NCBI RefSeq assembly: GCF_009914755.1
Contig: NC_060929.1
Direction: 5' to 3' (one strand)
Length of the DNA: 64,000 bases
Origin: the human T2T-CHM13v2.0 reference genome, Homo sapiens
Shown: positions 42,884 to 57,890 of the stretch, in pieces
Numbering within the stretch: the stretch's first letter is position 1
How the letters are laid out: each line of letters opens with the position of its first letter
Notes under the pieces: generated by a model
Told to the model about the DNA's origin: nothing
The model's database searches: none
What the model saw: only the letters and a program-made list of their open reading frames with translations
Program-made: the position numbers and the translations under genes

Positions 42884-43335
42884 GTTGCCTCAGCAGCCAT
42901 TTTGAATATATGTTGGACTTTCTCATACTAGAAGCAGGGCTCAACTATCCTTGACACAATTTCCAGTTCTACATTACCCACCCCCAGCTCCTCAATGTGG
43001 TTCATCTAAATATCTGCCTTATAAAATATCTCCTTCATGGCCAGTCACTACAGAACAGCTAGAGTCAGCTTACTTGACGACCTGTTGACCTCACACCCTG
43101 CATGAACTGTGCAGCAGTCACTGCATCACCTCCTGGAACTTGTACCTCCTTGCTTTAAATCCACTAATTAAAACTCTTTGCAGGAAACCTGTTTGAAAAA
43201 TGCTATGGACCACACTACATTGTTGACCCATGAGTTTCTTTCTTTTTCTTCCTGACTTCTGAATATGTGGCTTCAAGGCCTGCCTTGGACTGTCCAGGGT
43301 CTATAAGTATTAAAACTTTAATACTTTCACATTAT
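42884..43335 (+). mobile_element. Probable ERV1-class LTR remnant
   Basis: LTR-like composition with TATA-like and polyA-like signals; family not assignable. Confidence 0.35.
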
Positions 43336-44541
43336 ATCATTGAAGCCATGCCCACAATCCAGCCTCTGAGAGGGAGACCACCTGTGGATCCACGAAGGTG
43401 AATCTCTTGCTGGTGCTCCTTTGTCCAGGTGTCTGGTGGCTGCTGGAGATGGTAGCTGCCAGCTAAGTTTAGATGTTTCGTTCAAAACAGCAAGTAACAC
43501 TAAAAAGGAATTAAGATATGGCATGAAGAAAGAATGCACTGGCCTCAATTTCTGATAAGGTATGGATGAACCTTCCTCATGCCAGACAAGAAAGCATGAT
43601 AGATTAGCACACTATGGTAAAATGTATTTCTTCAAATTAATAAACCTACATGAGATAATTCACATTAGCCAATAAGGCAGAATACAGTAAAATTATATAA
43701 CAATAATTATTTTTCTAAGAAGTGAGGAAACAGATGAATAAAAAGTGAATCTCTCCCAGGAAAGGTAAACAGCAACTGTGGCCCAATGTCTCTGCATCTC
43801 TGGAAATAAGGAGCTGAAGAGGCTGGAAAGGTATATTGACAGAAAGCTGATATAAGAGAAGAGATGGACTAAAGATAAATTTCAGCTATTTCTGATTTCA
43901 TTGTGGGCCAGGCCTGCTAACTAGTAATAATTACTGCTCTTCTTTCCTTGTAAGTCTCTCCTTCCTTTCAGATCATACTGTTTCTTGTTGGTCTCAGGAA
44001 TTTATTACACAATGAAATTTCTTGGATTTGAGACGAAATTCTGTTAAAAAAAATAAAAAGAGACTTTAAATGATGAACCAAGAAAGACACTAAGAGGGAA
44101 AATCTATGAATATCAACAGTGCCTGTCATTCAGTGAATGAACTGTAATTGCTGACACTTTCCCATTTGGAATAATGGGAATGTCAGCCTAAATACAGATC
44201 AGATTCAGACATCTTTCAACAAGATGTCTCTAAGGAAATACTATGTGGACATGTGTTCAGGAAGCAGTATTCAGTGGTAATGGCAGAAATTCATTCTGCA
44301 GTACATGTTTAAAACGGTTGACAGTTTTAATATGTTTTACCTAAAGATACAGTCATTTTACTGAAGATTACTTACACTGTGGGAAATAAAAAATGTTCTT
44401 AGTAGACTGAAAAATCTATGTCCCCAAATCTCAGAGGAATCAATGAGCATTTTATTCAGCCTGCAATGAGCAGTTGTGTGAAAGAATTCCAGGACTTGCA
44501 GAGCGAATTAAACATTAATACAAATTCCCATCATGTCACTT

Positions 44542-44576
<35 letters not shown>

Positions 44577-45584
44577 CTATATATATATATGTAAGTTTGA
44601 TCTGATTTTCTTGATAGTGGGTAAATGTGCAACATTTGGAAGAATAAACTTAAACTGTTAATTTGATGAGTTACTATGAATATAGAAAACAACAAAAACC
44701 AATCAAATTTATGGGATGATATTTCTCTTAAGACAGTTGAATCACACCTATAAAATATATCTGATGTGTAAGCTACATTTTTAGAAAGGTGGTGATTGTA
44801 GACACAGTGTTCTAAAACATAAAATTATGTGGCACTTCATTGAGTGTTTACCTTTTCAAGGGTCAGTGGTAACATTTTCATCAATCCTTAATGAACACAC
44901 TGATTTTCCTAATTCATCAGGCATATTCTTAAATATCTTGGATACAAACTCACTAAACTTTTTTTCTTTCTATCATTTTATCTTTATCTTTGAGCTCATT
45001 TGAATTATGCCCATTTTGCTAGAAGCAGCTCAACATGGGAGATCAAGTTTTCATATAAGCAATAAAGGTCAGTGTTACCACACATGCTTTCAATTTGATG
45101 ATATGACAATATTCATGTCTATTTTAAATGGTTTATTAATGGCCTATTATTCTGAAAGTGGAGGAAAGATTATAGCAAAAAATAGCAGCACTTGCATTTC
45201 TCAAGTTTAGAAGCAATTTGAAAATAAGACAAAAATGTTAACAAGTAGACAAAATATTGTCATTCCTACTAATGAATATATATGGTATTGGGCCTAGAAT
45301 CCCTAGTTTCATCCTATTCCAGTACTAAAAGCAATTCCTCCTGCTTAGCAAACAATATCTCTATCCCATTGCTCTTTAACTATTAAAATATTTTTCTCTA
45401 AATCATAACTAGTTTAGGCAGATCTGCCTTCCTCAACAGCACATGCGCTCTGAAAAGCAAAAGTAATGTTGAATGATAGCATATTTAAGACTTGATATTT
45501 AGCCCTCAAGACCCAAATTAACACAATGGTAATGTGCTTAATTCCACTAGACAGCACACTTAAAAATGGTTAAAACGTTATTTA

Positions 45585-45588
45585 TATG

Positions 45589-45639
<51 letters not shown>

Positions 45640-45685
45640 CAACACACACACACACACGCACATGCACACACATACACACATATAC
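45585..45685. repeat. Compound (TA)n(GA)n...(CA)n microsatellite
   Basis: Direct reading. Other simple repeats lie at 44542-44591, 59793-59896 and 63034-63088. Confidence 0.9.
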
Positions 45686-48600
45686 CCCCACTAAGTTTAA
45701 CTCCCTGTCTCTATTCTTTATTCCTGAGACACTATTCAAATGGTCTCAACTCCTAAAACTTTAAGTCAATAAATATATGATGTAGGTTTCTTGGGCTGAG
45801 GAAAAAATGGAATTCTTATTCATTATTTATTATAATGTGATGTCTAAAACTCCAATGTGTATAAGATATTCTAAGTACATTAAAAAATAACATCCACTCA
45901 AATAACATGGACACTATCAAATCCAATCTCTCATTTGTAATTAAAAATAGACTTCTTTTTGGGAGGTTGCTACATCCAAGTTTTCACTCTTAATTTAGAA
46001 TGGTTCATTGACATGCTGCTTCTTTAAGATGTATATTTTCCTAAATGCTAGAGATAAAAATGCATTTTAAAATCATTTTCATGGTCAATATGTAAACATA
46101 ATAACATACTGTGATAGAAGATTTTGCCTTGTTTGTTGTCGTGGTTGTTGAATTTAAGTCACAAGTAATGGTTTTATAATAGTGTAATAATATTTTACAG
46201 CTCAAAGCTGTTACATTGTAGTCTGAAGCACATGCAATCATGCAAATAAAATAAAATATTGTTTTAAAACCATCCAAGAGTTTATTATTAAGCAAATATT
46301 GTGTAGCTAAGGCATTTGGTAAGAAGCAGCATATTATATTTACACAGGAAGCCATTAAATATTATTTATGAGAGAGTAAACATGACTATTCACCTAATTA
46401 AATATCAAACCCAAGTATAAATTAGAGTGTGTGCTTCTCTGGAATGCTTATTGGTAAGGATCAGATATTTGTTTCTACTCTTGGATGTTAAGCACATACT
46501 ATGCATTTATAAATATATCTCTGCTAGAAAGGCATTAACCAAAGGGAGAGCAGCAGGGGGAAAAAAGTAGCTTTGAATACATTTTCATTAGAAGCAGTTT
46601 ACCAACATCCAAGTACAATGTTACCTGTTGTTCACTCAGGAGTTAAATATCTGTTCACCAGGGTGTGCTCATAGAGGTAACTGCTCTCACATGTTTTGTC
46701 TTAATTATAATTGGCAAACTTTCACTGCGAATTTTTCCTCGGGGACTAGTTGACAGGTTTGACTAATAAAAAGAACGATGAAAATCCAAGTGTTGAAACA
46801 TGTACGTTTCTGGAAATCAACCAATGTCTGAAATGTTAACTGCTGAACAATATATCCTTTCTACCACCAAGGCATATATAGATAGCATAGAAACACGTTT
46901 TCCTCACAAAACTCCCTCTAAGTTTAAGAGCTATAGATATTGTTGATAGGGATTTTCTTCTGGGAATTCTAACTGAAAAATGTTGGATTTGTTGTTCTCA
47001 AATGCTTTAGAATATTCCCAAAAACAAGATATCTGTGGATGAATGTACCAATTTACTTATTTGTAAGTGTACTGTATTTTATTTCTAGTTAGTGTGTGTT
47101 TGAGATACATAAAGGATGGATGTTGACATTTGGATTTCTTACCCTATACTAGCCCAGGACCATCCTAGAAACTGAAGAAATATCACTAATAAAACACCTA
47201 GTATCTATGTGGTACTTTTTCATGTGAAAAGTATTGTACCGTCTTTTCTAGATTATTTTATTTAATTTCATGAGACTCCTAAGGAAGTAGGTACTTTTTC
47301 TACTGAAAGACACTGAAATAAAGACAGGTGAGGTAACTTACCTACCTAATTTGTTTCTATCACCTCTTTCCTACCTTTATATCTTTTATGCTCAACACAT
47401 ATTTATTTTCCCACTCATCCTACAATTTCTTTCTTTCCTTTCTTCCACTGCCAAATCTTAAAATGAGCATGTAGATTTTTTTCAGTGTCTCCATGTCCTC
47501 ATCTACCACTCACCCTCAATTCATTACAGGATGATCTACTCTAATAGTCTTTTACAGTATAGACTATCTTTACTTAACTTTTAAAACACAATCTTGCAAA
47601 GCTTCAAAGACTGCAATTCAGTAAGTCTTTGGTAGAATCCAGAAATCTGCATTTTTCACAAGTAACGGCTGTAGTTCTCCCTAATCTTTTTCTCAAAGAT
47701 TATCAATTTCAGTTTGTCACAATTTCATAAACTATATGGGTTGGTCTTCTTGTGCGTACTTCTTATATGTTGATTACTCTAACGCTATCATGTCAGCCTT
47801 CTTCCTAACCTCATTTTTGGGATTCCTTATAACCCACAACTCCAACCACTATCTATGGAGGAATGCTTCACAGTCTAGATTTGTCTTCTGATATCTAAGT
47901 ATTTGTGCAAGATGTCCAATACGACGTCTATTCCTAGATATCCCATAGAATGTTTAAATTCAATATATCTCAACCATATGATTTTCTACTTTTATGACAA
48001 ACTTACACCTCATCGGTTTAGCGTCCTAGTTAATAATGTCATTAACCCAACTGAGAAAACTCGCCAAATTGTCATCATTTACATCCCACATCCAACCAGC
48101 CAATATGAATTAAATCTCCACAATAAAATTAGATTGTGTGCTTACCTCTCCAGCTGCACTTCTTCAATCTTTTCTCACTGTTTCTAATTATCAAGTTGGC
48201 TTAAAATTTGTTGTCTTACACTGCAATACTTTTCCTTCCTTAACCTTTCTTGTCACATTTCTATTTTTAATATCGTTTCAAAAGTGATAATTTTGATGTA
48301 CCAATATAAACATATTCCTCTAACTGATCAAAAATTTTCAGTGACCACCTCCCTTCCATAGTCCGAATGTGACAGGTGGGCTTTTATAATTTGGACCCAA
48401 CCTATGTATCTGGTTTCATGGCTATGTAGTAATTGCTTGTATTTTGAATCCATCCATATAAACCACTTTTGAATATGCAAATTCACCCTAAAATTGCCTA
48501 TCTTTTTCCCTTGCATGTAATTCTCTTCTTCTTAGATATTATTCTACACTTAGCTGGCTGGAATGTTTCTATTCAAACTTTAAAGCTCAGTTCAACAGAC

Positions 48601-48830
48601 CCTTTAAATTCTTTCCTGATTTTTCCAGGTAGGGCTTTATAAATTGTGCCTGACATTTATGAAACACATTGTTTAAATAAACATTCACAATATTACTGGT
48701 GTAGTCATTTTTCCCACTTATAGATGAGGGAACTAAAGCCCTGAGAGGTTAAGCACCTTGTACAAGATCACACAGCCAAGTAAGTAGCAGAATAAAGAAT
48801 TGTCTCTCGGTGTACAGGATTCTAAAACTC

Positions 48831-49196
48831 ATGTTTTTAAATATCACACATTACTGTATCTTAATTTAAGTGTTCCTTTCCTAATGTGGCCATTGCATTT
48901 TTTCTATACTTTCATTTAAGTGATTACCATAATATATTCCTTTAAAAATATATCTGTGTTGATATCACATTGAATTTTAAACTCTTGAGGGCAAGGGCCT
49001 CATCATTTTTATTTTTATGTTTTTAAATATCACATATTACTATCTCTTAATCTAAGTGTTCCTTTCCTAATGTGGCCACTGCATTTTTTCTATACTTTCA
49101 TTTAAGTAATTACCATAATATATTCCTTAAAAAATACATCTGTGTTGATATCACATTGAATTTTAAACTCTTGAGGGCAAGGGCCTCATCATTTTT
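48831..49196. repeat. Tandem duplication, 2 x 180 bp, period 186
   Basis: Copies at 48831-49010 and 49017-49196 with 8 substitutions by manual count; MIR-like sequence on the left and L2-like sequence on the right. Confidence 0.95.
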
Positions 49197-49319
49197 GTCT
49201 TCAATGACTATCTTGTTTTTTGCTTGGTACATAGTAGGCACTTGGTGGACATTATTTAAATAAAACAGCAAACATTTAAATTTATTGTAGCATCCATAAA
49301 GTTGAAAAATAACATTAAA

Positions 49320-49619
<300 letters not shown>

Positions 49620-50109
49620 TCATTGCAGTGCTATGAAAATTTGGGAATTAGGTCATTATAAGAATATATTTGTCTAAAGTCAGTTATACTGAGAACCTTT
49701 TTACTGGTAAAGACATTTCTCCCTTAGATTTCACTCCATTTATTGATTCAAGCTTTAATTAAATTCAAATAAAAATTTAAGTCAATTTTTCTTTCCTGAC
49801 TGTCCTGCTATATAGCCTTCATTGATTTTTTCCTGCAAAATCAGAGCAACCTATTTATTTTTCTAATCTCTGTGTTATTTGGCTTGCTTTCTAGTAACAA
49901 AATAAATTGTCATTTCTATTTAGCTACCACCAATAGTTGTTCTATATATGTTTTCTTGAATGAAAGAGCCTAGCTACATATTCACGAAGCCTACTTCCTT
50001 TTTATGAGAAGAGTAGATGACTACATTTTCCAGCTTCTCATGCAGTTTATTGGGGCCATTTTGATGCAATGTGGCCAGTGGAATATTAGCAGAAATGATG
50101 CATATTTCT

Positions 50110-52459
50110 TGATGTGGTTTGGCTGTGTCCCCACCCAAATCACAGCATCAATCGTGTAGTTCGTATAATCCCTATGTGTAATGAGAGGGACCCAATGTAA
50201 GGTAATTGAATCATTGGGGTGTTTACCCCATGCTACTGTTCTCATGATAGTGAATGAATTCTCACAAGATCTGATGGTTTAATAAGGGGTTTTGCCCACT
50301 TTGATTGGCACTTCTCCTTTCTGCCGTCATGTGAAGAAGGATGTGTTTGCATCCCCTTCTGCCATGATTCTAAGTTTCCTGGGGCCTCCCCAGCTATGTG
50401 GAACTGTGAGTCAGTCAAACCTCTTTTCTTTATAAATTATCAAGTCTCAGGAAGTTTTTCTGTAGCAGCATGAGAATGAAATAATACTGTATATTTGTAC
50501 TGGGTAGTGGGGTGCTGCTGTAAATATACCTGAAAATGTGGAAGCAACTTTGGAACTGGCTAATGGGCAGAGGTTGAAACCATTTGGAGGGCTCCGAAGA
50601 AGACAGGAAAATGTGGGGAAAAGATGTGGGAAAGTTTGGACCTTCCTAGAGACTTGTTGAGTAGCTTTGACCAAAATGCTGATAGCTACGTGGACAATGA
50701 AGTTCAAGCTGAGGTGGTCTCAGATGTGGGTGAGGAACTTGTTGAGAACTGAAGTAAAGGTGACTTTTGCTATGTTTTAGCAAAGAAACTGGTGGCATTT
50801 TGCCTCTTCCCTAGAGATCTGTGGAACTTTGAGCTTGAGAGAGATGACTTAGGGTATCTGTTTCTAAGCAGCAAAGCTTCAAGAGGTGACTTGGGTGCTG
50901 TTAAAAGCATTCAGTTTTATTTATTCAGAAAGATATGGTTTGGAATTGGAACTTATGTTTAACAGGAAAGCAGAGCATAAAAGTGCAGAAAATTTGCAGC
51001 CTGATAATGTGATAGAAAAGAAAAATATATTTTCTGAGGAGAAATGCAATCCAGCTGCAGAAATTTGCGTACATAATGAGGAACCAAATGTTAATCACCA
51101 AGGCAATTAGGAAGATGTCTCCAGCTCATGTCAGAGGTCTTCATAGCAGCCCCTCCTATCACAAGCCTGAAGGCCTAGGAGGCCAGCCCCAGGGCACTGC
51201 TACTTTGTGCAGTCTCATGACTTGGTGCCCACATCCCAGACATGGCTAAAAGGAGCTCAGGTACTGCCTGAGCCATGGCTTCAGAGGCTGCAAGCCCCAA
51301 GCCTTGGCAGCTTCCAAGTGGTGTTGAGCTTGTGGGTGCACAGAAGTCAGCAATTGAGGCATGAGGACCTCCACCTAAAATTCAGAAGATGTCTGAAAAT
51401 GCCTGGATGTCCAGGCAGAAATTTGCTGCAGGGGTGGAGCCCTCACGGAGAATCTCTGCTAGGGCAGTGCAGAAGAGAAATGTGGGGTTGGAGCCCCCAC
51501 ACAGAGTACCCACTTTAGCACTGCCTGATGGAGTGCTGAGAAGACGGCCAACATCCTCCAGACCCCAGAATGATATATCCACTGACAGCTTGCACCATGC
51601 ATCTGGAAAAGTCACAAACACTCAATGCCAGCCCATGAAGACAGCTGGGAGGGGGACTGTACCTTGCAAAGCCACAGAGGTGGAGCTGCCCAAAGCTATG
51701 GGAGCCTACCTCTTGCATCAACTTGTCCTGGATATGAGACATGGAGTCAAAAGACATCCTTTTGGAGCTTTAAGATTTGACTTCCCTGCTGGATTTCAGG
51801 CTTGCATGAAGCCTTTAGCCTCTTTGTTTTAGCCCATTTCTCCCATTTGGAATGAGTGTATTTATCAAATTCTTGTATCCCCATTGCATCTAGGAAGTAA
51901 CTAACTTGCTTGTGGTTTTAAAGCCTCATAGGCAGAAGGGACTTCCCTTTTCTCAGATGAGACTTTGGACTTGGACTTTGGGGTTAATGCTGGAATGAGT
52001 TAAGACTTTGGGTGACTGTTGGGAAGGCATGATTGTGTTTTGAAATGTGTGGAAATGAGATTTGGGAGGGATCGGGGTGGAATGATATGGTTTGGTTCTG
52101 TCCCTATGCAAATCTTATCTTGAATTGTAGTTGTTATAATACCCATGTGTCATGGTAGGGTCCCAGTGGGAGGTAATTGAATCATCAGGGCAGTTACCTC
52201 CTTGCTGCTGTTCTTGTGATAGTGAGTGAGTTCTCCTGAGATCTGATGGTTTTATAAGAGACTTTTCCCTCTCTGCTCAGCACTTCTCCTTCTTGCCATC
52301 ATGTGAAGCAGGACATGTTTGCTTCCCCTGCTGCCATGATTATAAGTTTCCTGAGGCCTCCCCAGCCACGAAGAACTATGAGTCCATTAAAAGTCTTTTC
52401 TTTATAAATTGCTGAGTCTCGGGCAGTTCTTTATATCAGCATGAGAACAAACTAATATA
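50110..52459 (+). mobile_element. Full-length THE1 (THE1D-like) MaLR element: LTR 50110-50488, internal region, LTR 52083-52459
   Basis: Two ~378-bp direct LTRs, ~1.6-kb THE1 internal sequence, perfect TSD tttct at 50105-50109 and 52460-52464. Confidence 0.93.
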
Positions 52460-53132
52460 TTTCTTCTAGGTCTGTTCGTAAAACTCTCTCTGTATTCCTC
52501 CATTATTTTTCTCCTTCTTCCTGAGAAGCATGATGAATGCATGAAAGTTGAAGAGTAAAGCATCACAAAATGGAATAAGGCATATTCACTGAGATATTTC
52601 TTGAAGAAGACCAGATCATCTTTATTTTACTTGTCTATTTTTGTGATCTATACCTGGTCAGAGATGCAAATATAGTCTTATTACTAATCTAGCATAAGCT
52701 ATTTTATTATAATTCTGTCTTTCAGTCTTGCCAATGAAAAATCATGAATATTTTTCACCATTTCTTTTTTGTTCTTAGTACTTAACCACATTCTCATGGA
52801 ATTATTTCATTTCTATCTATTCTACATTCAAGCTCTTTAGTATCAAGGAAAACTCCATTACTAGGAAAGATTATAAAGATCTTGGCTTCAGTTATTTTTT
52901 TAAAAACTGCTAAATAGTACCCAAAGCTACACACCTCATCCTCAATTTTCTTGGTCTCAGCAGAAAAACTCTCTGCTTCTGAAATTAAAATTCAATATCC
53001 ATCTGTCCAATGTTTCTTCTTCCCTTCACCTCTAAATTCTTGTTAACTTTAATCTATTTTCTCCCTTTTACCTTTTTTTTTAGAAACATGAGTCAAAACA
53101 TTATTTTAAGGTTAAATTTGCCTCCTAATTTT

Positions 53133-53400
53133 TTTTAAGACAGGGTCTCCTTTTGTCATGCACACTGGAGTGCAGTGACATGATCATGGCTCACTGCAGC
53201 CTCAACTTCCTAGGATTAAGCAATTCTCCTGACTCAGCCTTCTGAGGAGCTGGGACTACAGGCATGTGTCATGATGCCCAGCTAGTTTTTTAATATATAT
53301 ATATTTTGTAGAAACAAGATCTCATTGTATTCCCCAGATTGGTCTCAAACTCTTAAGCTCAAGTGCCTCCTGCCTCGGCCTTCCAAAGTGCTGAGAGGCA
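53133..53400 (-). mobile_element. AluJ-like element
   Basis: Alu consensus; TSD ttgcctcctaatttt on both sides (~53118 and 53401). Confidence 0.88.
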
Positions 53401-53533
53401 TTGCCTCCTAATTTTTGATAGTTTATTCTCTCATATTCCTCTGGGGCATCGATCCATCTATTACTCCACTGGACACAATTCTGTCTTTTCTTCCATCTAG
53501 AAGCATTCTCATAATGTTTATATTAAAGAGTCT

Positions 53534-55550
53534 TGAGGATGGAACATTTTTCTGTTTGTTTGTGTCATCTCTGATTTTCTTAGCAGTGTTTCATAATTCC
53601 ATTGTAGAGATCTTTTACCTCCCTGGTTAGCTGTATTCTTAGTTATTTTTGTCTTTTTGTGGCTATTGTGAATGGGATTGTGTTCTTGATTTGGCTTTCA
53701 GCTGGGACATTATTGGTATACAAAAATGCTACTATTTTTTGTACAATAATGTTGTAATCTGAAACTTGACTGAAGTTATTTATAAGTTCTAAGAGCCTCT
53801 GTGCAGATATTATAGGGTTTCCTAAGTATAGAGTAATATCGTCTGTAAAGAGAGATAGTTTGATTTCCTCTCTTCTCATTTGATGCCTTTTATTTCTTTC
53901 TCTTGCCTGATTGTCCTGGCTAGGAGGAATATATATTGTTCTACTATAAAGACACTGTATTAGTCTGTTCTTATACTGCTAATAATGACACACCCAAGAG
54001 GAGGTAATTTATAAAATAAAAGAGGTTTAACGGACTCACAGTTCCACGTGGCTGGGGATCCTCACAATCACTGTGGAGGGCAAAGGAGGACTAAAGTCAT
54101 GTCTCATATGGCAGCAGGCAAGGAAAGCATGTGCAGGGAAACTCCCCCTCATAAAGCCATCAGATCATGTGAGACTTATTCACTACAATGAATACAACAC
54201 AGGAAAGACCTTCCCCCATGATTCAATTACCTCCCATCGGGTCCCTCCCATGACACATGGGAATTATGGGAGCTACAATTCAAGATGAGATTTGGGTGGG
54301 GATACACCCAAACCATATCATTCCACCTCTGGCCCCTTCCAAATTTCATGTCCTCACAATCCAAAACCAATCATGCCTTCCCAACAGTACCTCAAAGTTG
54401 TAACTCATTTCAGCATTAACTCAAAAGTCCAAAGTCTCATCTCAGACAAGGCAAGTCCCTTCTGCCTATAAGCCTGTAAAATCAAAAGCAAGTTAGTTAC
54501 ATCCCAGATACAATGGGGGTACCAGCACTGGGTAAATATACCCATTGCAAATGGCAGAAAATGGCCAAAATAAAGGGCCTTCAGGCCCCATGCAAATCTA
54601 AAATCCAATAGGGCAGTCATTAAAACTTAAATTTCCATAATAATCTCCTGTGACTTCGTGTCTCACATCCAGAGCAAGAGGTGGGCTCTCATGACCTTTG
54701 GCAGCTCTGGTCCCATGGTTTTGCAGGCTTTAATAGACTCGCAGTTCCATGGGGCTGGGGAGGCCCTCACAATCATGGCAGAAGACAAATGAGGATCAAA
54801 GTCATGTCTTACACGGCAGCAGGCAAGGAGAGCATGTGCAGGAGAACTCCTCTTTATAAAACCATCAGATCTCGTGAGACTTATTCACTCTCATGAGAAT
54901 AGCACAGAAAAGACCTGCTCCCATGATTCAATTACCTCCCAACAGGTCCCTCCCATGGCATACAGGAATTGTGGGAACTACAATGCAAGATGAGATTTGG
55001 GTGGGGACGTAGCCAAACCATATCAGACATACACATGTATGTTCATTGCAGCACTATTTCACAAGAGCAAAAACATGAAATCAACTTAGATGCATCAACA
55101 GTGGACTACATAAAGAAAAAATGTTACTTTTACACCATGGACTACTATGCAGCCATAAAAAAGAATGAAATTATGTCTTTTACAGCAACACGGATACAGC
55201 TGGAGGCCTTTATCTTAAATAAACTTACACAGGAACAGAAAACAAAATACTGCATGTTCTCTTGTATAGGTGGAAGCTAAACATGGAGTTCCCATGAACA
55301 CAAAGAAGGGAGCAAAAGACACCAGGGCCTATTTGAAGGTGAAGATCGGGAGTAGAGTGAGGAACCAAAACCACCTAATCAAATACTATGCTTACTACCT
55401 GGGTGATGAAATCATTTCTACATTAAGCCCTAATGACATACAATTTACCCGTGTAACAATCCTGCACCTGTACCCCCTGAACCTAACATAAAAGTTGGAA
55501 GGAAAAGAAATAAAAAACCCTACCAGCAAAAAATAAAAATAAATAAATAA
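53534..55550 (+). mobile_element. Older primate L1 (L1PA13-16-like), 5'-inverted, interrupted by a THE1
   Basis: Minus ORF2 piece ~53534-53924; plus 3' part ~53926-53955 and 55026-~55510 with an A-rich tail. Confidence 0.8.
53956..55025 (-). mobile_element. Internally deleted THE1 provirus: LTR 53956-54320, internal 54321-~54726, partial LTR ~54727-55025
   Basis: THE1 LTR and internal consensus; TSD gacac/gacat. Confidence 0.9.
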
Positions 55551-56349
55551 ATTTAAGTATTTTCTTAAATGTTATTAAACATTCAAGACACCATCTTCAA
55601 CTTCTCAATGATGTTTTCTATTCTGGAGATAGATTTAGCAAACACTCTACTTTCCTTAGCAATCTGCTTCTTTCTCTATATGCAATTGAAAACTGCTCAA
55701 TTACATATATAGAGTCCAAATTTCAAAATTCTATGATATGTTCTCAGCCAATTTTTCTCATTTATCTTCATAATTTGATAAAATTATTACATTCTTATTT
55801 GGCTTTTCTTTGACTTTTATAGCAAAGCAATAATGGATCAATCTTAGACTTGTATGAACTTCTCTATTGCCTGCGCCTTTTTATAATCTCTATTGCTTCT
55901 TATAATCTGCACTGATCAGATAGAGTTTATTGGCAACTATAAGCATATTTCCAATTACTGTGAACACTTCCACTACCCAAATGAACACCTGACTGTGAAT
56001 CATTCATGAAACAGGAAAAAAGGAAATTCCCAATAATTTAAGAAATATTTGGCATTTTTAAATCACTAAATGAAATAACACAGTGATGTTGGGAATAAAA
56101 TCGTTACAAAATAATATTAATTATATTCTAATAAAGTGAAAATATGCTTATATTTTTGCATTTCCTAAAAGTCTCTTGAAACTGATTAAGTCTGATAGCT
56201 ATAATGTGATAAAGAATAAACAAAAGTTTAAATTTCCATTTTATTCCAACATATTTGAAGACAAAAGAAACACATTTAAAAGGTCTTATCAAAGAGCTGT
56301 GGGCTTGGTCAAGTGTGACCAAAACCATGAGAGTGCCACTTTAATTGAT

Positions 56350-57890
56350 GTAACAAAGGAGCATCAAATAGGTAAAGCACAGAGGATTTTTAGGATAGTA
56401 AAACTATTTTGTATGACATTTCAATGATAGATAACACCACCCTACATTCTTCAAACCCATAGAAATTTACAGCACTAAAAGTGAAACTTAGCTTATGCAA
56501 ATTAAGAAAAAGCTCATTTAGGAGGTTGCTGATCTCAGTAAAAAGTGCAGACAGTGACAAGGGCATCTAACTGTATTAGACATGTATTGAACAACCTCAG
56601 TAAAAAGGGTGAAATTAAAAGATGCTCACATAAGTAATTTGGGAAATGAATGGAGTCTGTGAGATTAAAGGGAAAACATAATCAACACACTTTAGTTGCT
56701 AATGTTGTGTCCCACAGTAGTAGAGGTAAAAATTTTGATACCAGTATACAAAAATACTGTAATTGAACACTTAATTGAATGAACGATAATTGGTACAAGT
56801 TAGGTTTCTCATGTTTGGAGTGGGAATGTAGAGTCAAGGGGAAGAGTCTAGAATGATCCACATGGTGATAGATTAGGGTTAGAGGCATCAGTATAAATTC
56901 ATGAGTAGCTTAATATAGGTGCAGATGTTTACACATGGAAATATTTCAACATATGTGTGTATACATTGGCCAGTATAAACACATACACGACCTTGATCTG
57001 CTAGTTCAGAAAGTCTATAAGCAACAACATCCCACTAGCCAAAAAAGCGTACCTACTACCCAGATCTTGGTTTCTAATACTATTCTCCAATAATAGGAAA
57101 CAGAGATCCTCAGAGAAATAGCTGAATCTAGGACTGGGTGAGAGAATATACAAGATGAGCCTGGAGCATCTTGTAATGCCAGAAATTAAGTACAGGGAAA
57201 AGAAAAAGCCTAAACTGATGGGGTTGTACTAAAGGGACACAGAAGACAACTGGGAGAGCTGTCAGTGGCAAAAGCTGGATATATTTGAACAATTAATTAA
57301 ATAGTATTGGAGTTATAATCCAAACTCAAAACAAATATCCATGAGCTTATAGTAATATAAATACATAATTGAATAAAAGAATTAATGAAGAACAGATAAA
57401 TATCTCTTACAGAAGAGCTCCAAATAATTTATGTGGACACTTCATCCTCAAGGAGAGAGGTTAAGCATAAGCTGCACATAGTGAGTTCTTCCAGAGTACA
57501 GCATGGAAATCGGGGAAAATAGTGACTTCGGCGTGGAGAAACCTGACAAACAATACCTCAGTCAGGTGACAATGGCCACTATCAACAGTGATAAATAATA
57601 CTGACAGCATGTACTCTTGATATAATGTGATGAACATGGCTCTTTACCTTGTGATAGTATTCCTACCAAAAACCCATGCCCCCCATCTAATCATGAAAAA
57701 AAACCTCAGACAAGTTCCAGTAGAGGGTCATCTTATCAAATAGTTGACCAGTACTACTTAAAACTGTCAAGATAATCAAAAACAAGAAAAGTATGAGAAA
57801 CTGCAAAAATTGAAGCCTAAAGAGCCACGACAAATAAATGTAATGTAGAATCCTGGATGCATACTAGGACAGTGAATGGATATTAGATTC
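56350..57890 (+). mobile_element. Old L1MC/MD-type 3' region
   Basis: cagatcttggtttctaatactattctccaataat..., gaccagtactacttaaaactgtcaag..., gaatcctggat. Similar sequence lies at ~13290-13880 and ~16400-16780. Confidence 0.65.

Noticed and set aside
51207-51832. ORFs of 80-147 aa
   Set aside because: They are degenerate THE1 internal sequence.
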